Virus record (IMG/VR): IMGVR_UViG_3300045999_006495
Span: 1-64,000 of that record
Strand: one strand, 5' to 3'
From: a virus
DNA: 64,000 bases
A program made the position numbers and the translations under genes. The notes beneath the pieces are model-generated. The model saw only the letters and a program-made list of their open reading frames with translations, did not search any database and was not told the DNA's origin. This document shows positions 56,043 to 64,000 of this stretch, one piece after another; positions within the stretch are counted from its first letter, which is position 1, and each line of letters begins with the position of its first letter.

Positions 56043-56579
56043 TTAAAATACATTTATGTAGAGAAGTCCTGCTTGAGCACTATACCTAACAGTTTCTCCT
56101 ACAATTATTGGGTGATTTTTATCTACTTTTCTAAAAAGACCGTTGGGGTCTATAGCTAGACTAGCACCGGGGACTTTAATTTGGTCATTTCCCTGATGGC
56201 ACTCTTCAGTTATACCAACAATACCCCTAAATAAGGCTAGTCTTTCGTACCTATGCACTACTGGTGCTTTCATTATGGAGTGTTTCTCTAACCAGAACTC
56301 TTCTGTAAAAATAGGGTTTGAGTAGATATTTGAATCTTCTAGATTGTAAATTGCTTTATATGTAGCCGTGTACAATTCATGTGAAATTGGCTTTATAAAG
56401 TTTTCAGGTGGGCATAAAGCAACCCACACTTTAGTAGGATTTATGTGGTCTGGATATTCTACACTGGGTAAGTCATCCACACCGGCATCAGAAGAGATAA
56501 TTACAGCTCTTCCCTCAATCACTGCGTGTTTACCAGCAACCGCCTGAATACTGTAGCGAGGGTTTACAACTACAGCCAC
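56043..56579 (-). CDS. Capsid decoration-like protein, paralog 2
   Basis: Aligns full length with 55494-56021 (EGRAV, DLP.V.Y, PP.NF..P, YTA, G.IGIT..C, IK.PG, GLF, VGE..RY.A, LYI). Confidence 0.55.
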   Translation of the reverse strand: MAVVVNPRYSIQAVAGKHAVIEGRAVIISSDAGVDDLPSVEYPDHINPTKVWVALCPPENFIKPISHELYTATYKAIYNLEDSNIYSNPIFTEEFWLEKHSIMKAPVVHRYERLALFRGIVGITEECHQGNDQIKVPGASLAIDPNGLFRKVDKNHPIIVGETVRYSAQAGLLYINVF

Positions 56580-56797
56580 TTAGAGCGTTTATCCTTAAAG
56601 TATTGTTTTACTTTTTGGGCTAGCTCTTTATCTTCAGCGGTTGCTTGGCTTGGTAATTGTTCTCCGATTGTCAGTGCCATCCAATAGGCTTGAGCTTCCT
56701 CAGCTGTCTCGAAGCACTGCATTGGTTTATCGTCACCAACCCGATAAACACAGTAGTCATAAACCCTGCCTTGGTTATCACGGTATTCAAACGGCAT
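56570..56797 (-). CDS. Small head-associated hypothetical protein
   Basis: YCV.......CF.T.EEA.A...AL motif seen in phage head operons. Confidence 0.6.
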   Translation of the reverse strand: MPFEYRDNQGRVYDYCVYRVGDDKPMQCFETAEEAQAYWMALTIGEQLPSQATAEDKELAQKVKQYFKDKRSKWL

Positions 56798-56800
56798 TAA

Positions 56801-58054
56801 CTACCCCTTTTTAAGGTTCTTAAGAGCCTTAACGATACTATTGACATCATAACCGTTTTGACCCAATCTTGGCTCTGGAATAACATCAATGTCCTGATTT
56901 TTGTTTGAGGCCTGAGTTCTCTTTGAGGCAAAATCTTTGATAACAAACTCCAGTGCCTCATCATCCATTTTCACATAAAACTCAACTTTCTCTTCAGCCT
57001 CTGATTGGGTAAAACCTGCTTGAATCAAGCGGTTAATTACATTCTGCCGCCTTTCGGCTTCTGCCCGCCTTTCATCGGCTTCTTTGTAGGCTTCATTTTG
57101 TTGTTGTAGGACACTGATTTCATTCTCCTTTTCTGCGAGTGATGCCTTAAGCAACTCAATTTCTTTTTGTAATTCTTCCATTTTTTGTTTTTCTGCAACC
57201 TTTAAAAGTTTAGTTCGATTTCCATATGCAGGTGTATCGACAATACATGTTCCTGCAAAAGTAACATTTCTTAGCCAGTTTACACCGTCTTTTTCGTCAG
57301 AAGCAGAGTAGTAAACCTCCCAAGAAGTACCTATGTATTCACGTTCCTCAGCCACAGACTTTAGAAGTGTGTATACATCTGAAAACTCATCTCCCCAAAT
57401 CATGGCCTCTGCTTTAATTACTTCTCTACCCTCGTGTGTATCTTCATACACCTTAGTGATAGGTCCGATTGGTACTGCATTAGCATGACCTCCATAAGAT
57501 GACTCTGACATAGCAATCTTAATTGGCATGTTCAGGGCGGTCTTAATAATATTATTTTTCTCTTCGACCGGTATTCCCTCATTATTTGCATTTGGTTCAA
57601 AGTCTGTTAAAATTAGTTCTATCTTACGAAGAAGTGGGTTGTTTACATCAGCCTCAGCTAACTTCAACTTACCGGGGAGTGCTGTTGATGTTGATTTCTT
57701 ATCAGCGTTATCCATTTGCCTCACTAGACTGGCGAACCATGCTTTACCAGCACCACCACCCCAGAGTAACCAACTCACCCAAGCAGGTGAATCTTTGGGG
57801 GCATTAGCAAATCTTGCGTTTCTCCCAAAAAATCTGTTACCCATGCGAGCACGTTCAGGTGAGACATTGTCGCCACTAACATATTTTCTAGCCCAAGCTA
57901 CAGTAGCGGCCTCAAGACCACTACCACTTAAGCCTTTCTCGTGTAACTCTAGACCTCTTCTAGCTGCGCTTTTCACGCCGTCTGGAGGGCTAAAGTTGAT
58001 ATTACTATACTTGCTCACTGCTGTCCTCCATTGTTTCTTCTGTATCTGTGTCAT
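56801..58054 (-). CDS. Prohead protease/scaffold fusion with N-terminal PP...A.RGL...WLLWGG domain
   Basis: H...PIG, TSWE, F.G..IV..PAY protease motifs; C-terminal coiled-coil scaffold. Confidence 0.7.
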   Translation of the reverse strand: MTQIQKKQWRTAVSKYSNINFSPPDGVKSAARRGLELHEKGLSGSGLEAATVAWARKYVSGDNVSPERARMGNRFFGRNARFANAPKDSPAWVSWLLWGGGAGKAWFASLVRQMDNADKKSTSTALPGKLKLAEADVNNPLLRKIELILTDFEPNANNEGIPVEEKNNIIKTALNMPIKIAMSESSYGGHANAVPIGPITKVYEDTHEGREVIKAEAMIWGDEFSDVYTLLKSVAEEREYIGTSWEVYYSASDEKDGVNWLRNVTFAGTCIVDTPAYGNRTKLLKVAEKQKMEELQKEIELLKASLAEKENEISVLQQQNEAYKEADERRAEAERRQNVINRLIQAGFTQSEAEEKVEFYVKMDDEALEFVIKDFASKRTQASNKNQDIDVIPEPRLGQNGYDVNSIVKALKNLKKG

Positions 58055-58571
58055 CGGATGGGGCTAGGCCCAAATATTCCTCTTCAATGATCCAGAACTT
58101 ACACGCAGCATTCTCTTCTATCTCGCCCCTAACTATTGAACAAGACATAGAGTCCTCTGCATAGAACACACAGTTTTTACATGCTATACCCTCACTGGCA
58201 AAAACATTTTTCTCAGCAGGGATGTAATGAGCACCCTGACCACCAATGCCTTTATCAAACATACCAACATACTCAACACCTGTAATTAAAGTGTCTATAA
58301 GGTAACGTTGCATAAGGGTCAGCTCTTCTACTTCAGCAAGTGATTTGATTGAGCGTAGTTCAGTTAATTTATGACCTACAAAAGTGTCTGTAGGTTCATA
58401 GTTACCATCTGAATCTTTTCTATAAATTTGAATACGGGCCGCTGGTTCTTCGGGTGTTCCTGTGACCTTTGCATCAATATTAGGAACATCCCCGTTACGG
58501 ACAATCCTAACTATCTTCCCTCTAGCAGTTCCACCAGAAGAGTCCCATTCAACGAACTGTCCTGACTTCAT
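58005..58571 (-). CDS. Tudor/SH3-like N-domain plus HiPIP-like four-Cys C-domain
   Basis: G.FV.W.SSGG.A.G.I; CKNC-x9-C-x12-C..W. Confidence 0.6.
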   Translation of the reverse strand: MKSGQFVEWDSSGGTARGKIVRIVRNGDVPNIDAKVTGTPEEPAARIQIYRKDSDGNYEPTDTFVGHKLTELRSIKSLAEVEELTLMQRYLIDTLITGVEYVGMFDKGIGGQGAHYIPAEKNVFASEGIACKNCVFYAEDSMSCSIVRGEIEENAACKFWIIEEEYLGLAPSDDTDTEETMEDSSEQV

Positions 58572-59357
58572 CTATGCTCCTTTACTTGCGTAAATTTCAA
58601 AATCACCACTAACCACTTGAGACGGGCTAATTGTGATAAAAACACCTGCCAGAGGGGAATCAAGGGCAGGGATGTACTCATAACCACTTCCAGAAATTGT
58701 TGTGTTGTAGCACGTAAATGCTTTACCAACTGACTGACCTATCAAGCCACTTATAGTGCCTAGGTAAATTTGAAAGTCTGTTTCAAACTGACCAAAGTCT
58801 GCATACATAGTAACGGGTACTGAAGCCGCTGTAGCATCTGAATCATTTACCAGAGAGTGTTTAACATAAATAGTAGCTCTTCTAAAACCAGAGCGTGACA
58901 TAGGAATGTAAACATGTCTTTGTTGTGTATCTGATGTGTATGTAAAGAATGAAGAATAAGCAGGGACTACAGTACCGGTAAAGGTACCGCTAGCCACAAC
59001 TACATCGTGGTAATTATTTGAAAGTGCTGATGTAAGTATTGTAACTTGACCGTCAGAAGCGGCCATCAAGGCTCTTCTGTTGTTTACTCTTACAGTACCC
59101 ATCTCACCGTCAACCATTTCGGTAAAATCGCCACCTGTTAAGTCATTGATGTAGACACCACCAATAGGAACTACTGTTCCCTGATAGGTTGATGAAATAC
59201 TAGCATAACCAGAAATTGCTACATCAGTAGGAAGTGGGTTTGTATACTGGATTAGCTGACCCGTATTGTCAGCTATTGTAAATGTTTGATAAAACTCTTC
59301 GTTTATCTCTTCAGCCGCTATTGTAATCGGCGTTGAACTAGGAACTGGTATTCCCAT
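58572..59357 (-). CDS. Probable virion protein, first gene of the late operon
   Basis: AAGGAGG RBS; S/T/G-rich beta protein. Confidence 0.6.
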   Translation of the reverse strand: MGIPVPSSTPITIAAEEINEEFYQTFTIADNTGQLIQYTNPLPTDVAISGYASISSTYQGTVVPIGGVYINDLTGGDFTEMVDGEMGTVRVNNRRALMAASDGQVTILTSALSNNYHDVVVASGTFTGTVVPAYSSFFTYTSDTQQRHVYIPMSRSGFRRATIYVKHSLVNDSDATAASVPVTMYADFGQFETDFQIYLGTISGLIGQSVGKAFTCYNTTISGSGYEYIPALDSPLAGVFITISPSQVVSGDFEIYASKGA

Positions 59358-59379
59358 GAGGCCTCCTTAACATAAAAAA

Positions 59380-59413
59380 TACCTCTCTACTATTATATAC
59401 TATTTTTGTGTCA
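59380..59413 (-). promoter_or_regulatory. Putative phage late promoter TGACACAAAAATAGnnTATAWTAGTAGAGAGGTA
   Basis: 31/34 identical to 63197-63230; heads the structural operon. Confidence 0.65.
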
Positions 59414-59768
59414 AAATTCTGCGGATAGTTTCTCTTGATACAAAAATGTCACTTTTCTTACACATCTCTTCAATTTCTCTTACGGATATTTCTGGAAAGT
59501 CTTTTTTGATATTCCTGATTAATTCCATGATGACTAAAGACACTTTAGGTCTACCCTTACGCCTGTTAGCTCTGTAGCTTGGGGTACTAGGTTGGTCATA
59601 GATTGAAAATCTTTCTTTGTAATCAATCTGACGTTGTTTTCTCATAAGCGCAGTAAGTTCAATAAACCAAGGTTCTTTTTCCACCCCCTTATAAATTATT
59701 TCACAATCTTTACAGAATATTGAATTACTGGTAGAATAACTATCACAGACAGCGCACAGTTTATTCAT
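59400..59768 (-). CDS. Zn-finger + AT-hook-like + HTH DNA-binding protein (candidate late regulator)
   Basis: CxxC...CxxC, RKGRPK, SVREI...VSRETIRRIL. Confidence 0.65.
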   Translation of the reverse strand: MNKLCAVCDSYSTSNSIFCKDCEIIYKGVEKEPWFIELTALMRKQRQIDYKERFSIYDQPSTPSYRANRRKGRPKVSLVIMELIRNIKKDFPEISVREIEEMCKKSDIFVSRETIRRILTQK

Positions 59769-59845
59769 ATTTTTCCTCCTGACAATTTAATAGGGTATAT
59801 TAATACCCAGCATTATTTTAGCAGTTATCGCTAAAAATAGCAAAT

Positions 59846-59874
59846 TTGACAAGCTTGAAAATATATGTTATATT
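59846..59874 (+). promoter_or_regulatory. Sigma70-type promoter TTGACA-17-TATATT for the nucleotide metabolism genes
   Basis: Near-consensus match. Confidence 0.7.
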
Positions 59875-60051
59875 AGGGGGGTAGGGGGGTTAGGGACCCA
59901 AGTACCCTATAATTAATATACTAGAAAGGATATAATAATTATTAATATAGATATTAATACAAACTCTAATAAAGAATTTGATAAACAAGTTAGAGATTCT
60001 TTTAGAGAAGTAATTGGGATGCTAGTTAAGGAGGAAATTAAGGAGAAAGGT

Positions 60052-60378
60052 ATGGAAAACAAAGCTACTGGATATGTAAAGTACCCAGAACAAACCAAGG
60101 AACTTGAGGAGATTATGGAGACTCTGCGCCATATTCTTATTGTTAAAAATCAAGATTATTCCCCTTGGAATATGTTAGGGACTGGTGAGGTTGGATCTGT
60201 TGTAAGAATTTGGGACAAGACCGCTAGATTGATGAATCTTTATGGTTTTGATATTGCCACTGGTACTTTTACTGGACAGAAGAGTCCCAAGAACGAGAGT
60301 ATTGAGGATAATTTGCTAGATTTAGCGAACTATGCTATAATTTCATTATTACTTTTAAGGGGGAAGTGGGGTAAATGA
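60052..60378 (+). CDS. DUF1599 / nucleotide-modification-associated domain 1 protein (start may be 60019)
   Basis: KNQDY, VR..DK..RL, ESIED.LLDLANYAI. Confidence 0.8.
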   Translation: MENKATGYVKYPEQTKELEEIMETLRHILIVKNQDYSPWNMLGTGEVGSVVRIWDKTARLMNLYGFDIATGTFTGQKSPKNESIEDNLLDLANYAIISLLLLRGKWGK

Positions 60379-60770
60379 CACAAGATTACAATACACCAGT
60401 TAATGATGAGGGTGAGGATTATGTACCAGCAAATATTGATATGGACAGTTTACAAGCCTATCAAGACTTTGTTAAGTCCACAAAAGCTTATGACAAAGAG
60501 TATACTCTTGTCTATCCAATTCTAGGTCTAGCTAATGAGGCTGGTGAAGTTGCTGGAAAGTTGAAGAAAATCATGAGAGATGAAGATGGTCAACTTTCCC
60601 AAGAATCATTTCATGCGCTTGTAGCAGAGCTTGGTGATGTGGTTTGGTATGTAACAGCTGTAGCTGATGACCTAGGAATTACTATTTCTGACATCTTCTA
60701 TGAGAACTACAAAAAGCTCTCAAGTCGTAAGGCCCGAGGAGTTATCAAAGGCAGTGGTGATAACCGATGA
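60375..60770 (+). CDS. mazG: MazG-like NTP pyrophosphohydrolase
   Basis: LGLANEAGEVAGKLKK, ELGDVVWY, N..KL..R..RG...GSGDNR. Confidence 0.9.
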   Translation: MTQDYNTPVNDEGEDYVPANIDMDSLQAYQDFVKSTKAYDKEYTLVYPILGLANEAGEVAGKLKKIMRDEDGQLSQESFHALVAELGDVVWYVTAVADDLGITISDIFYENYKKLSSRKARGVIKGSGDNR

Positions 60771-61036
60771 AGATGTATAAGTTTAGTGTGGTTGAGTGGG
60801 TTTATAACGAGGACACAAAGGTCTTTACAGTTAAACTATCTGTCGCTAGTCAAGGAGACGATAATTGCGACTTCATTACTGTTGATGTAGGAGCTGATGT
60901 GGATACTCTCAGGGACTTTAACTTCTTGTTGCGTGTACGAGCTCTCAATGCTTATGAAGATGCTCTGAAGTTACAAGCATTTAAGGATTCTCTATCACAT
61001 TTAACTTTTATGTCCAGTGTTGCGTTGCCTGAATAA
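60767..61036 (+). CDS. Hypothetical protein
   Basis: Coupled ORF (ATGA overlap). Confidence 0.65.
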   Translation: MKMYKFSVVEWVYNEDTKVFTVKLSVASQGDDNCDFITVDVGADVDTLRDFNFLLRVRALNAYEDALKLQAFKDSLSHLTFMSSVALPE

Positions 61037-61056
61037 ATTTATAATAAGAGGAACAC

Positions 61057-63195
61057 ATGTATCTTAGTCAAGAGTTTTTGAATCGTTACCCAAATAACCC
61101 AGAGTGGAACTCACTTCTGGGTCAATTTGTCTATCTTCGTACTTACTCACGTTGGAACAATGACGAGCATCGTCGTGAGCATTGGAAAGAGACTTGTCAG
61201 CGTGTAGTTGAATATAGCATGAGTTTGTATGATGGCCCTGCTACCAAGCAAGAGCTTGAGGATGAGGCTCAGAACTTGTTTGACAATATGTTTAACTTGA
61301 AGTTGTTCACTGCTGGCCGAACCATGTGGATTGGTGGTACTGAAGCGGCAACTAAGTTTCCGTTGTCAAACTTCAACTGCTCGTTTACAGTAGTTGATGA
61401 CTACCGCTCTTTCATTGATGCTTTTTATCTGCTTATGCTTGGCACCGGTGTAGGATTTCGCGTCTTGCCATCAGATGTAGCTAAGCTTAAGGAGATTAAA
61501 ACCAATGTTGTGGTAGCTCACAAGCCTTATCACCCCAAGCCAAAGAATGAGCGTCTTGAAACCACCCATGTCTACAAAGACTCAGGTGGTGTTTACATCA
61601 TTGTAGGGGACTCAAAGGAGGGCTGGGTTGATGCTCTTCGCATCTACTTTGATACTCTAACAAGTGATGAGTTTGTTGAATCTATCATGATTAACTATGA
61701 CCACGTACGCCCTCAAGGGGAGGCTCTTAAGACTTTTGGTGGTCGTGCTTCAGGACACACTGCCCTGCGTGATATGTTCAAGCAGATTCACAAGGTTGTT
61801 TGCCGAGGTACTACTAAGCTTTCAACTGTTCAGGCCATGGACATTATGAATGTTATTGGTTCTTGTGTTGTAGTGGGTGGTGTTCGTCGTTCATCAGAGA
61901 TTACTCTTTTTGACATTAACGACAAGTCAGTCATGGACGCTAAGGTAGACCTGTGGTCTGACCCAAGCAAGGCTGAGTTCTACTACCGTGGTATGAGTAA
62001 CAACTCGGTGTACTTCACGGAGAAGCCCACCAAAGCACAGCTTAAGGACATCTTTAACCGAGTTATGAACAATGGTGAGCCGGGCTTTATTAACGCCAAA
62101 GCGGCCAGCTTGCGTCGTCCTAACTATGCTGGTACAAACCCCTGTGCTGAGATTCTCCTTGCACCAAACGGTGTTTGTAACTTGTCAGAGGTTAATGTAG
62201 CTTCTTTTGTTAAGTATGACAATAACCTTTACCGCCTTGATGTTGAGGAGCTTTCAGAAGCTATTCGCTTGGCTACTCGTGTAGGCTTGCGTATGACCAA
62301 TGTAAATCTGGAGCTTCCTCACTGGGACGAAGTCCAGAAGCGTGACCGTTTGACTGGTGTTAGTTTGACTGGCTATGTTGAGGCCATGGATGCCCTTGGT
62401 GTAGATACATCAAGTGATAGTTCACTTGTTCCCGTAGTTGATGATTTCTTTGATGTGACTCTTGGTTCATTGTTGCTGACTTTGAACCGTGTAGCTAATC
62501 GTGAGGCAATTGCGTATGCATCAGAGATGCGTATTCCAGCTCCTCTTTTGGTGACCACCGTGAAGCCAAGTGGTACTATTTCACAGCTTCCAACTGTTTC
62601 ATCAGGAGCACATAGCTCATATGCACCATATTACATTCGTCGTGTTCGTATTTCTTCATTTGACCCATTGGCTAAGACTATGCTTGCAGTAGGTTACCCT
62701 GTCTACCCAGAAGCAACCACAATGCGGCCAGAGGACTTTAGCAAGCTCAGTAATTTTGAGAAGATGAAAGTTCTTGACACTGCTCAGACTTGGGTGGTTG
62801 AGTTCCCAATTAAGACAAGTGCTACTCGCTCAGCTAACACTGAGTCAGCCTTGGAACAGTTGAAGCGTTACTTTATTCTGCAAGATTGTTGGACCGACCA
62901 CAACACCTCAATTACTATCACTTTCTCACCAGAGGAAGTTGATGGTTTGATTGATGCAATTCTTGAGGATTGGGACAGTTATATTGGCGTGTCGTTCTTA
63001 CCCAAGAATACTACTGCTTACCCATTGATGCCTTATGAGGAGATTACTCTTGAGCAGTATGCTAAGCGTAAGAATGAGGTTGAGCACATTAGCTGGCAGA
63101 GAATTGTGAGTGAGTTGACCCTCCGTGAGTCAGATTTGAGTGCTGACGATGAGTTTGACCCAGACTGTGCTGGGGGGGCTTGTCCAGTTCGCTAA
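61057..63195 (+). CDS. nrdJ: Class II (adenosylcobalamin-dependent) ribonucleotide reductase, monomeric RTPR-like
   Basis: RTYSR, FNC, GTGVG, GGVRRS, TNPCAE, CNL, TVKPSGT, C-terminal CAGGACPVR. Confidence 0.93.
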   Translation: MYLSQEFLNRYPNNPEWNSLLGQFVYLRTYSRWNNDEHRREHWKETCQRVVEYSMSLYDGPATKQELEDEAQNLFDNMFNLKLFTAGRTMWIGGTEAATKFPLSNFNCSFTVVDDYRSFIDAFYLLMLGTGVGFRVLPSDVAKLKEIKTNVVVAHKPYHPKPKNERLETTHVYKDSGGVYIIVGDSKEGWVDALRIYFDTLTSDEFVESIMINYDHVRPQGEALKTFGGRASGHTALRDMFKQIHKVVCRGTTKLSTVQAMDIMNVIGSCVVVGGVRRSSEITLFDINDKSVMDAKVDLWSDPSKAEFYYRGMSNNSVYFTEKPTKAQLKDIFNRVMNNGEPGFINAKAASLRRPNYAGTNPCAEILLAPNGVCNLSEVNVASFVKYDNNLYRLDVEELSEAIRLATRVGLRMTNVNLELPHWDEVQKRDRLTGVSLTGYVEAMDALGVDTSSDSSLVPVVDDFFDVTLGSLLLTLNRVANREAIAYASEMRIPAPLLVTTVKPSGTISQLPTVSSGAHSSYAPYYIRRVRISSFDPLAKTMLAVGYPVYPEATTMRPEDFSKLSNFEKMKVLDTAQTWVVEFPIKTSATRSANTESALEQLKRYFILQDCWTDHNTSITITFSPEEVDGLIDAILEDWDSYIGVSFLPKNTTAYPLMPYEEITLEQYAKRKNEVEHISWQRIVSELTLRESDLSADDEFDPDCAGGACPVR

Positions 63196-63196
63196 C

Positions 63197-63230
63197 TGAC
63201 ACAAAAATAGGGTATATTAGTAGAGAGGTA
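63197..63230 (+). promoter_or_regulatory. Putative phage late promoter, second copy
   Basis: 31/34 identical to the reverse complement of 59380-59413. Confidence 0.65.
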
Positions 63231-63308
63231 GTTTTATAGGAGTTTTACATACCTTAGGGTAGTATACTTCTCTAAAACTACCTCAATTTTTTTATTTTAG
63301 GGGCATTT

Positions 63309-63956
63309 ATGGCTAAAAAATCAAGGTTTCAGGAAATATTAGAGGAATACAGCCTTAAATATGACTTAGAAACTCTCAACTCACCAAATGACCGAGCAAA
63401 TCTTGAGATGTTGATAAACAACCAAGTCCTTGTGGAGCGTTTACAGGCTGAGTTGTTGCAGTTGACTGAGGAGTCTGCTATAGACAATATTGACAGCATT
63501 AAAAACATCAGTAATGCTATGCGTGACCTCATTGAAAGAAACTTGCAGATTGAAAGAGCACTTGCTCTTGACCGCAAGACAAGAAAATCAGAAAACAGTG
63601 ATAGTATTGCCTCCTACATCACTAACTTAAAAGTTGTGGCGCAAAATTTTTTAGAGAAAAGATTAATTAAAGTATATTGTCCAGACTGCAAAGTTCTGGT
63701 CGCAAGATTCGCACCCGTAATGGATCACACTGCATTCCATTTTGAGTGCCAGTGTAGTCAATGCAACAAAAGAATTACTATGACTAGAAAGGCAGCGTCT
63801 GAAGGTGTTCTGTTTGACATCAAAGACTACAAGTGGCGCAAGCAATACCTCTATGAGGTTGTTCAACCAGACGCAGTTAGAGATAGTCCAGAGCTTGATA
63901 GTGAAGAAGAAATGTTTATTATAGAGGAAGATGATGGCTCTACAGAAAAAGATTGA
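63309..63956 (+). CDS. Helical protein with Zn ribbon; possible terminase small subunit
   Basis: L.L.R..R motif, CPDC...CxC..C; follows the late-promoter motif. Confidence 0.45.
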   Translation: MAKKSRFQEILEEYSLKYDLETLNSPNDRANLEMLINNQVLVERLQAELLQLTEESAIDNIDSIKNISNAMRDLIERNLQIERALALDRKTRKSENSDSIASYITNLKVVAQNFLEKRLIKVYCPDCKVLVARFAPVMDHTAFHFECQCSQCNKRITMTRKAASEGVLFDIKDYKWRKQYLYEVVQPDAVRDSPELDSEEEMFIIEEDDGSTEKD

Positions 63957-64000
63957 AGAGGCTGAGCTTGCACTCTTAGAGGTTATTGAGGACCCGGTTT
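63931..64000 (+). CDS. Partial ORF (MMALQKKIEEAELALLEVIEDPV...), possibly terminase large subunit
   Basis: GAGG RBS, overlaps the previous gene, open to the window end; identity from position only. Confidence 0.4.
   Translation, partial: MMALQKKIEEAELALLEVIEDPV

Noticed and set aside
59875-60010. GGGGGGTAGGGGGTTAGGG and the following AT-rich tract as a second origin or G-quadruplex
   Set aside because: Only three G runs, single occurrence, and no iteron pattern; too weak to call.
28646-63195. Inteins or introns in polA, dnaB, recA or nrdJ
   Set aside because: The ORFs are continuous and of normal length, with no splice-junction or homing endonuclease motifs seen.
1961-63866. Alternative-frame and antisense ORFs in the track (e.g. 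1961-2329, 2151-2408, 7398-7757, 13242-13586, 27696-28052, 33744-34151, 57528-58067, 63329-63577)
   Set aside because: They overlap better-supported genes or regulatory repeats and lack RBS or motifs.
1-64000. Lysogeny module or telomerase-like reverse transcriptase
   Set aside because: No integrase, repressor or RT motifs were recognised in this window; the rest of the genome is not visible.

Overview
This window is the left ~64 kb of a tailed dsDNA phage genome. It looks like a siphovirus: long tape measure, no sheath gene, and no integrase in view. The host is unknown; the RadC sequence style hints at Chloroflexota, which is inference only. (1) 1-99: twelve perfect copies of the octamer CCTTGACC at the very start, telomere-like and G4-forming on the minus strand. 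(2) ~150-13,950: a modular array of about 21 expression units, mostly one or two small genes each, separated by 24 copies of the palindrome GGGGGTC-N3-GACCCCC. Most units have an 11-bp-phased direct repeat in place of -35, a -10 box, a strong RBS and a terminator; many also have a structured 5' leader (a covarying pseudoknot in four units, a hairpin in five). (3) ~13,950-14,460: non-coding, origin-like. (4) 14.5-35.9 kb, minus strand: glycosyl- and methyltransferases, ThyX, two tRNAs, a DUF2828/vWA (Ro-like) protein preceded by four Y-RNA-like hairpins, cell-wall hydrolases, and recombination/replication genes (RecA, PolA, DnaB, primase). (5) 35.9-59.4 kb, minus strand: virion morphogenesis. 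(6) 60-64 kb, plus strand: DUF1599, MazG, class II RNR and probable terminase genes. All calls come from motif recognition by eye; no database searches were run.
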